The notes under the pieces: generated by a model
Told to the model about the DNA's origin: nothing
The model's input: the letters and a program-made list of their open reading frames with translations, nothing else
The model's database searches: none
Source: Thermodesulfobacterium sp.
Lineage (GTDB): Bacteria; Desulfobacterota; Thermodesulfobacteria; Thermodesulfobacteriales; Thermodesulfobacteriaceae
Direction: 5' to 3'
NCBI GenBank assembly: GCA_021163085.1
Contig: JAGGXL010000066.1
Coordinates: 1 to 34,333 of the forward strand
DNA length: 34,333 nt
Part shown: positions 29,207-34,333 of the stretch, in pieces
Layout of the letters: each line of letters starts with the position of its first letter
How positions within the stretch are numbered: the stretch's first letter is position 1
Program-made: the position numbers and the translations under genes

Positions 29207-29371
29207 CTACTGAAAGCCATGATGGCCTGGAATTTCGCCAATCACAAACTTGTTTGCTCTTTCAGGATGATACAGGATAGTTTTTCTAAGACACTCAAAT
29301 AACAATCTAACTGTATTCACCGACCAGATAGATGTTATGGCCTCCTGAATAATAGAACATAAATCGTTCAT
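29207..29371 (-). CDS. Possible 54-aa ORF or gene remnant coupled to tniQ
   Basis: ATG 1 nt after the tniQ stop; MNDLCSIIQEAITSIWSVNTVRLLFECLRKTILYHPERANKFVIGEIPGHHGFQ*; below the ORF-track cutoff; no motif. Confidence 0.3.
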   Translation of the reverse strand: MNDLCSIIQEAITSIWSVNTVRLLFECLRKTILYHPERANKFVIGEIPGHHGFQ

Positions 29372-29372
29372 C

Positions 29373-30509
29373 CTATAATCTACCATGCAAATCTAACAAA
29401 AAATTTACCTGCCCACTCCAATGTTTAAATAAAACCTCTCTCGTCAATCGCAATTCTTTTTTATAGGTTTTCACAAACTTTTTAAAATTTTCAAAAATAT
29501 TATAACATATTTTCAAAATAATCAATTTTTCTTCTACAGGAAGGTATTCAAATCTTTTTTTATTTTTAAAAACTGAGCTTTTTAATTCTTTTTTTACGCC
29601 AAGCTCATCACAATACTTTTGAGCAATTTCAAGGATATCTTCTGTTTTCAAACATTTTATAAGATAATCTTTGTGAATTCTTAGCAGTCTCTGAGCCACT
29701 CTTACAAAGTTTCTCAAAAGACCAAAATAAACAACTGCTTTAACAGGTCGTCCACCATTAAGGTAGCTTAATACCCCATTTCCTTGTCGTAAAACACCAT
29801 ATAAAGTTTGAAATGTTTTTAAAATTTCTGGATAGGGTTTGCATGAAATCTGAGGAAAATCAGTGTAAAAGAGCCCACATCTGTAGCAGGCTCCGAAAGT
29901 TTCTTGAAGATAACCTTTATGAAAGTTTATACTTGCTCCGCATTCAGGACATCTATCTATAAGCAAAAGCTGATGTTCTGGACATATAAGATAAAAGGAT
30001 ATTCTCCAGAACTTTTTCAAATAAAGAGATTTAATTATTGCCTTTCTCTCAGAGTTATTTAAAGATTCTTTAATGCAAAGAGGGCAAACCTTGTAGCCAA
30101 ATCCTGTAAAAATGGTATTAACTTCCCTCAGAGCGTCAATAAAAGGCATTGTAGTTTTAACATTTGGTTTCTCAAACAATATTCCTGAAAAACTTCGCAA
30201 AGAAGTTTTATAAAGAGTTTTAAAGTCTGTTCTAAACTTAGAAGAAAGAGCCTTTATTTGGTTTTCATCTATAGAAACATCAAAGTCTATTTCTCCAATA
30301 TTGTATCCTATTTCCGGTAGATAGCTGTGAACAAAACTTCCAGGACTGATGCCAAAGGCAAGAGCAACTCTTATTATGTAAGAATACAGAGACTCATCTT
30401 CATATGGAGCCACTGAGTAAGGCAAAATGGCTTTATTTGCAGTTTTATTTTGTCTGATGTATCTAAGTAAACTATATTTTGCAACTCTTCCCATTTTATG
30501 TTTTTTCAA
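29373..30509 (-). CDS. tniQ: TniQ-family target selector (start may be ATG 30494)
   Basis: PYEDESLYSYIIRVA N-terminal motif, CPLC...WR...CPEH...CPEC...CYRC zinc ligands; follows tnsC. Confidence 0.9.
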   Translation of the reverse strand: MKKHKMGRVAKYSLLRYIRQNKTANKAILPYSVAPYEDESLYSYIIRVALAFGISPGSFVHSYLPEIGYNIGEIDFDVSIDENQIKALSSKFRTDFKTLYKTSLRSFSGILFEKPNVKTTMPFIDALREVNTIFTGFGYKVCPLCIKESLNNSERKAIIKSLYLKKFWRISFYLICPEHQLLLIDRCPECGASINFHKGYLQETFGACYRCGLFYTDFPQISCKPYPEILKTFQTLYGVLRQGNGVLSYLNGGRPVKAVVYFGLLRNFVRVAQRLLRIHKDYLIKCLKTEDILEIAQKYCDELGVKKELKSSVFKNKKRFEYLPVEEKLIILKICYNIFENFKKFVKTYKKELRLTREVLFKHWSGQVNFLLDLHGRL

Positions 30510-30514
30510 ACTTA

Positions 30515-31399
30515 CTACAGGTTTATGTGATGAATTTCTCTTCTTTTAGACGGGGGAATCCATTCAAGCTCTTTAAACAGAGAATGGTCAATACGCTCTT
30601 TCCCTGTTTTTATGGCCAGAACCGCAAGTTCTTTTAAAATAGCAACGATTTCTCCAATGTATCCCTCAGAGTATTCAAGAATTTTCAAAGCCAGGTCTTT
30701 TTGTTTCACAAGGTTGGATTGCTTTTTCAAGGGAAGGGTCTTTTCGTAGGCGTGTAAAAACGAAAGGTAGTTTTTATCATAAGTCCAGGTGGGAAGAACC
30801 TGGGGTGGAAATCTTGACGAAATTTGATAATCAGTTTCCGTTGCTATAAGGGCATCCTTGGTTCCAACCAGAACAAATGGTCTCTTCAATTCATTCATCA
30901 GATTTTTGAGAGCATTCATAAATTCTCTCTGTTTTATCTTACTTCCTGCAAGTACGTTGTGAATCTCGTCAATGATAACGAGCTTAACTCCAAGTTCCTT
31001 AAGGTAGTGCTTGATTTTGATAAACTTGATGGAAAGAGGATCAGATTTTCTGAATGCAAAATCCACCTTCTCAAGAATGCTATCGTAAAACATTCCCACA
31101 TCTGGCTTGTGCGGAGCCTGTAAGTAAATAACAGGCATCTTGATCCCCTCAGGATCTTCGTAAGGTTCGTGCATTCTGCAAAAGTGAGTAACCAATGTCG
31201 TTTTTCCGTTATTTGGTGGACCAACGAGAAGAAAAGAAGGAGGTCTTACAGTGTCAGAAATGTCCATTAGTTCTTCCATTTTTTTAAAAATGTTATTAGC
31301 TTTGGGATATACAACAAATCTTTCTTTATAAATAAATTTTATTCTCTCATTATCAGGACGATTCTTCATTTCTTCAATGTTTGTTTTTTTAATCGTCAT
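30515..31399 (-). CDS. tnsC: TnsC/TniB AAA+ ATPase
   Basis: LVGPPNNGKT, LVIIDEIHNVLAGS, NALKNLMNEL..PFVLVGT, QISSRF, SEGYIGE; 294 aa TniB-type; overlaps tnsB by 11 bp. Confidence 0.92.
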   Translation of the reverse strand: MTIKKTNIEEMKNRPDNERIKFIYKERFVVYPKANNIFKKMEELMDISDTVRPPSFLLVGPPNNGKTTLVTHFCRMHEPYEDPEGIKMPVIYLQAPHKPDVGMFYDSILEKVDFAFRKSDPLSIKFIKIKHYLKELGVKLVIIDEIHNVLAGSKIKQREFMNALKNLMNELKRPFVLVGTKDALIATETDYQISSRFPPQVLPTWTYDKNYLSFLHAYEKTLPLKKQSNLVKQKDLALKILEYSEGYIGEIVAILKELAVLAIKTGKERIDHSLFKELEWIPPSKRREIHHINL

Positions 31400-33251
31400 A
31401 AATTACCACCTCAAGCTCTTCAATTTCAGTAAGCTCGTCAGGTGACGTAGAGGACTTTAAGCTTCCCCTTTTTTCTTGGTTTTTGACTTCTCTTTGTTTT
31501 TCTTCTTTATATCTTCTTTTTTTAGTCAGGCTTAGCCTTGCCTTTTTAGTTTTTTTCTGAGCTTTTTCTTTCAGGCTTTCAAGATACTTGTAGGCGGAAA
31601 TAATGTCAAATTCAGTAATTTCACTTTTGCCCCTTTTTTTCAGGTATTTTATGACCTCTCTTAGCTCCCATCTCGTCATGGGAGGAAATGTGAAATCTTT
31701 ACAGGGAATTTTGTAATATTCTTTGTGATCAGGGTGAAAAAAGTAAATTGAGCTTACATCTCTTGGATCTACCTTGAAGATGAATTTTCTATTCGTGCCA
31801 ATGTAGGGTATGAGAATTTCGCTCCAGTAAGTCACATGATCAATTCTCACACCGTACCTTTGCACAGTTCTCTTTTCCGTGTATAAAAGACTGATTCTGA
31901 TTTTCTCCAATTCCTCTCTGGAAAGCAACGATGGATATCCGATACCTTTTCCTTTACCGTCTCCAAAAACGGCCCTTTTGAAAGCTTCAAGAGGACTCGT
32001 TCCAATCCCTGCATGTGGTTTCTTGTGATATACCTTCACTATCCAGCTTGCAATGTATTTTTCCAGCTCAGAAAGTGTCATGGAAGCATGTTTTTCCGGA
32101 TTGTATTCTCCTTTTTGTTGAATATTGGAAAAAGTCGTTCCTGGTAGTTTGTGAAGCTCATCATTTAATGTTTTGAAAAATCTTTCAATATGCCCTCCGT
32201 AGTGTGGAGTGGCCTTGGGGCGAAATTCCTGATGTATTCCATAAAATTCAAGGAAGTTTTGCATTTCTTTGCTTCTAAATTCTTTTGCGTTATCTGTATG
32301 AATCACAATTCCTCTGGGTAAACCCAAAATAGGCCATTCTTCATCTGCAAGATCCCACTTTTCAAGATAATAATTTTTCGGTTCTATTCCCATAAGCAAA
32401 GTTTGAGCAACGCTGAAAAAGCTTGGAGCATCGAGAGATAAATAAAAACCGTAAACCATTCGGCTATACACATCAAGAGCCACAGTGATCCAAGGTCTTC
32501 CAACAGGCTTCCTGTAAAGCTCGTCAACCACAACAATATCCAGCTTTGTGTGGTCTATCTGGATTATTTCAAAAGGGCTTTTTGCTTCCAAACTACCCAA
32601 AACGGGTTTGTATGCTTGTGCTTTTCTTCTCCCCTCTCTTTTTCTGGCCACCTCTCTTGGATTCAGGTTGTTAACTATTCTTAAAACAGTGTTGTAGTGT
32701 GGTGCCTTTAAACCTGCTTCCATACACTTTCTTACAATTCTTAAGTGAAGATCTTTTACCTTTGGTTTTTGAGTGCTCAGGTAATAGGTTTTTATTTCAC
32801 TTTCAATTATTTCCCAAACCTCTTCTGGAAGCTTAGACTGGGGACCTCTTTTGTGGTAATCTGGAATGAGCCCACTTGGGCCTTGCTCTTTGTACTTTTT
32901 TAACCAGCGATAAACAGTGCTGTAGTTAACCCCATATTTTTTAGCCACCTCTTCCACGTCCTTTCTTCCGTAATTGGGATTGGACAGTACTTCATCTATT
33001 ATTTGTTTTCGCTTTCTTACCACCTCAAATAGTTTTTCGTCTTCAAACGGAAAGAAACTTTTACGGGTTGATTTTTCTCTGGCAGAAGATTTGTACACTT
33101 TCTCAACCAATTCCGAAGTTTCAACCACTATCGGTTGCTTCGTAATCAGGTCTTTTAAGATCACATTTTTCCCATTCATGGAAAAGTCTTCAATTACATA
33201 TTCTCTTTTATTAAAATTAACAATCTCACCCGGTTTTAGACTAATAATCAT
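31389..33251 (-). CDS. tnsB: TnsB/TniA DDE transposase
   Basis: HTH (GVNYSTVYRWL), DDE triad IQIDHT / HTDNAKEF / GHIERFF, YHKKPH, Mu-C-terminal-like DPRDVS, acidic tail. Confidence 0.94.
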   Translation of the reverse strand: MIISLKPGEIVNFNKREYVIEDFSMNGKNVILKDLITKQPIVVETSELVEKVYKSSAREKSTRKSFFPFEDEKLFEVVRKRKQIIDEVLSNPNYGRKDVEEVAKKYGVNYSTVYRWLKKYKEQGPSGLIPDYHKRGPQSKLPEEVWEIIESEIKTYYLSTQKPKVKDLHLRIVRKCMEAGLKAPHYNTVLRIVNNLNPREVARKREGRRKAQAYKPVLGSLEAKSPFEIIQIDHTKLDIVVVDELYRKPVGRPWITVALDVYSRMVYGFYLSLDAPSFFSVAQTLLMGIEPKNYYLEKWDLADEEWPILGLPRGIVIHTDNAKEFRSKEMQNFLEFYGIHQEFRPKATPHYGGHIERFFKTLNDELHKLPGTTFSNIQQKGEYNPEKHASMTLSELEKYIASWIVKVYHKKPHAGIGTSPLEAFKRAVFGDGKGKGIGYPSLLSREELEKIRISLLYTEKRTVQRYGVRIDHVTYWSEILIPYIGTNRKFIFKVDPRDVSSIYFFHPDHKEYYKIPCKDFTFPPMTRWELREVIKYLKKRGKSEITEFDIISAYKYLESLKEKAQKKTKKARLSLTKKRRYKEEKQREVKNQEKRGSLKSSTSPDELTEIEELEVVIYDD

Positions 33252-33267
33252 AGTTATCTCAGTACCT

Positions 33268-33765
33268 TCAAAATTTCGAAAAATTTTTTCTTATTGGGCA
33301 TGTAAACTTTTTCCCAGTAAAAGGACAGCTTAAATTAGGAGAATCTTGGGGAGTGGAATTTAGCAACCGGAAATAGACATCTTTTAAGTGTTTAACCTGC
33401 CAAGGAAGCAGGTCTTTTTCTGAAAACAAGAAGATTTGAGGAAAATAGTTATGAGAAGAAAAAGACAGATAGTTTTCGAAAATTTTTATTTTTGGAAGAA
33501 CTTTATCAAAGTTTTTTGATGGTTTGATTTCCACCAAAATTTTTATTTCGCCAAAGTTAAGCTCGAAATCTGGGGTGTATTTCAGGTTTTTATATTCCAA
33601 GGTAATGGGTTGCTCACAATAGGAAACGATTTTGGGACACAATTCCCACAAAAAACAGTAACTGGTCTCAAGTAAGCTTTCTGCAGAGACAAGTCTTCGC
33701 ATTTTTAAGCTGAAAAATCTTGAACTAACTGATGCGGTTTTGACTCCAATTTTTCTGGCTGGCAT
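33268..33765 (-). CDS. tnsA: TnsA endonuclease (short, 165 aa from ATG 33765)
   Basis: MPARKI, FFSLKM, AESLLE, YCEQP, YTPDF, LVEIKP (PD-(D/E)xK). The ORF-track ATG at 33849 lies inside a TnsB-type site, upstream of the promoter. Confidence 0.87.
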   Translation of the reverse strand: MPARKIGVKTASVSSRFFSLKMRRLVSAESLLETSYCFLWELCPKIVSYCEQPITLEYKNLKYTPDFELNFGEIKILVEIKPSKNFDKVLPKIKIFENYLSFSSHNYFPQIFLFSEKDLLPWQVKHLKDVYFRLLNSTPQDSPNLSCPFTGKKFTCPIRKNFSKF

Positions 33766-33802
33766 TTTTGTGGTGTATTTTCTAATTGCTAGGGATATTA
33801 AC

Positions 33803-33831
33803 AATTTAAATTTATTTTTACATTTTGTCAA
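33803..33831 (-). promoter_or_regulatory. Sigma70-type promoter of the tns operon
   Basis: Minus strand TTGACA (33831-33826), 17-bp spacer, TAAATT (33808-33803). Confidence 0.65.
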
Positions 33832-33841
33832 TATGGAAATT

Positions 33842-34018
33842 TGTTGCATTATTTTATGTGAAAATTAAAAATGTTGCATTATTTATGTTAGATTTGTTGC
33901 AATAAATTGTGTGAAAGATTAAGATCCTTTTAAACCAAGATACCTGAAAGAGTTGAAATTTTTAAAAAGACAGGTTAGACTAAAAATTAAGTTGTTGCAA
34001 TTTTTAATGTGATTTACA
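33842..34018 (-). repeat. tnsA-proximal transposon end: 8-bp terminus plus four spaced TnsB-type sites
   Basis: Minus strand ACATTAAAAATTGCAACA (34010-33993), ACACAATTTATTGCAACA (33912-33895), ACATAAATAATGCAACA (33888-33872), ACATAAAATAATGCAACA (33859-33842). Confidence 0.9.
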
Positions 34019-34023
34019 ATTTA
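34019..34023 (+). repeat. 5-bp target site duplication ATTTA (ssrA-side copy)
   Basis: Follows the terminal ACA; identical to 20486-20490. Confidence 0.88.
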
Positions 34024-34024
34024 T

Positions 34025-34070
34025 TGTAAATTACATTAAAAATGTTAACATTACATAAAGTATTACAACA
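34025..34070 (+). mobile_element. Relict/degenerate Tn7-like end outside the element
   Basis: TGTAAATTACATTAAAAA identical to 20491-20508; two 18-bp units ACATTAAAAATGTTAACA (34033-34050) and ACATAAAGTATTACAACA (34053-34070) in the same 20-bp register. Confidence 0.7.
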
Positions 34071-34208
34071 AAATTTGATATTGTTTTTATTTCCTTCTGT
34101 TTAGTATAAACTCTTATGCTTTCAGAATAAAAAAGATATAAAGAGGCTTACTTGAAAATTGCAAAAAAAAGGTTAACTTAAATATTAGTATTAGTTCTTT
34201 GAAAAAAT

Positions 34209-34333
34209 GGGGGCGATGAGGGTTCGACGGGGATAGGTAGGGTTAAACAGCAGGCCGTGGTCGCACCCGCCACGTAAATAAGGGTGCAAAAACACAACTG
34301 CCGACGAATATTCTTACGCATTGGCAGCCTAAA
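34209..34333 (+). ncRNA. ssrA: tmRNA, 5' part (truncated by window end)
   Basis: GGGGGCG...GGTTCGACGGGG 5' tRNA-like domain, pseudoknot 1 (CGTGG/CCACG, GCACCC/GGGTGC), tag frame 34300-34332 encoding ADEYSYALAA*. Confidence 0.95.

Larger units (their letters stand above)
20491..34018. mobile_element. Complete Tn7-like transposon (tnsA, tnsB, tnsC/tniB, tniQ, TnsE-like gene, RM-NurA-HerA cargo), 13,528 bp
   Basis: Ends TGTAAATTACATTAAAAAACGCAACA and reverse complement TGTAAATCACATTAAAAATTGCAACA; 5-bp TSD; internal tns genes. Confidence 0.93.

Noticed and set aside
23188-29302. Many short ORFs overlapping the cargo genes
   Set aside because: Antisense or off-frame shadows of long motif-bearing genes, expected in higher-GC DNA; no motifs.
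33251-33270. TnsA-TnsB fusion by read-through or frameshift
   Set aside because: Different frames, a 16-bp gap and a separate GAAGGT RBS for tnsB; no supporting recoding signal seen.
33766-33849. 28-aa N-terminal extension of TnsA in the ORF track
   Set aside because: That ATG is part of a TGCAACA end repeat and lies upstream of the predicted promoter; MPARKI is a typical TnsA start.
20491-34018. CRISPR-associated transposon (CAST)
   Set aside because: No ORF resembles Cas5/6/7/8 or Cas12k, and I found no repeat-spacer array; the 20-bp-period repeats are transposase binding sites without spacers.
34001-34042. Intrinsic terminator hairpin
   Set aside because: The inverted repeat is AT-rich and fully explained by two transposon ends placed back to back.
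34019-34333. ssrA as the attachment site, or an integrase-type island
   Set aside because: The insertion is about 190 bp upstream of the ssrA 5' end; there is no integrase and no duplicated tRNA/tmRNA 3' segment; a 5-bp TSD indicates DDE transposition.

Overview
AT-rich bacterial chromosome segment, probably from a thermophilic Thermodesulfobacterium-like organism (inferred from the tmRNA tag ADEYSYALAA, AhbC, split PurH and Lys/Glu-rich proteins). Bases 1-20482 are housekeeping: aroA(partial)-aroE-aroD, purH N-domain, ahbC, a pseudo-receiver, a ClpX-like ATPase, priA, galU, two pilT/U, NIL-ferredoxin, YcaO-TPR, then mnmA, gatB, mtnA, rex, dut, thyX and tRNA-Arg(CCG). Eight bases after the tRNA a complete 13,528-bp Tn7-like transposon (20491-34018) is inserted. 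It has TGT...ACA termini, seven 17-18-bp TnsB-type repeats and a perfect 5-bp ATTTA target duplication. It encodes tnsA-tnsB-tnsC(tniB-type)-tniQ at one end, a divergent TnsE-like gene reading inward from the other end, and no Cas genes. Its only intact cargo is a higher-GC, translationally coupled operon: Type IIG-like restriction-methyltransferase fusion + NurA-like nuclease + HerA-like ATPase, the best candidate here for an undescribed anti-phage system. A degenerate second transposon end just outside the target duplication suggests repeated, oriented insertion at this tRNA. The window ends in the 5' part of tmRNA (ssrA). All family calls are by-eye motif recognition; no searches were run.
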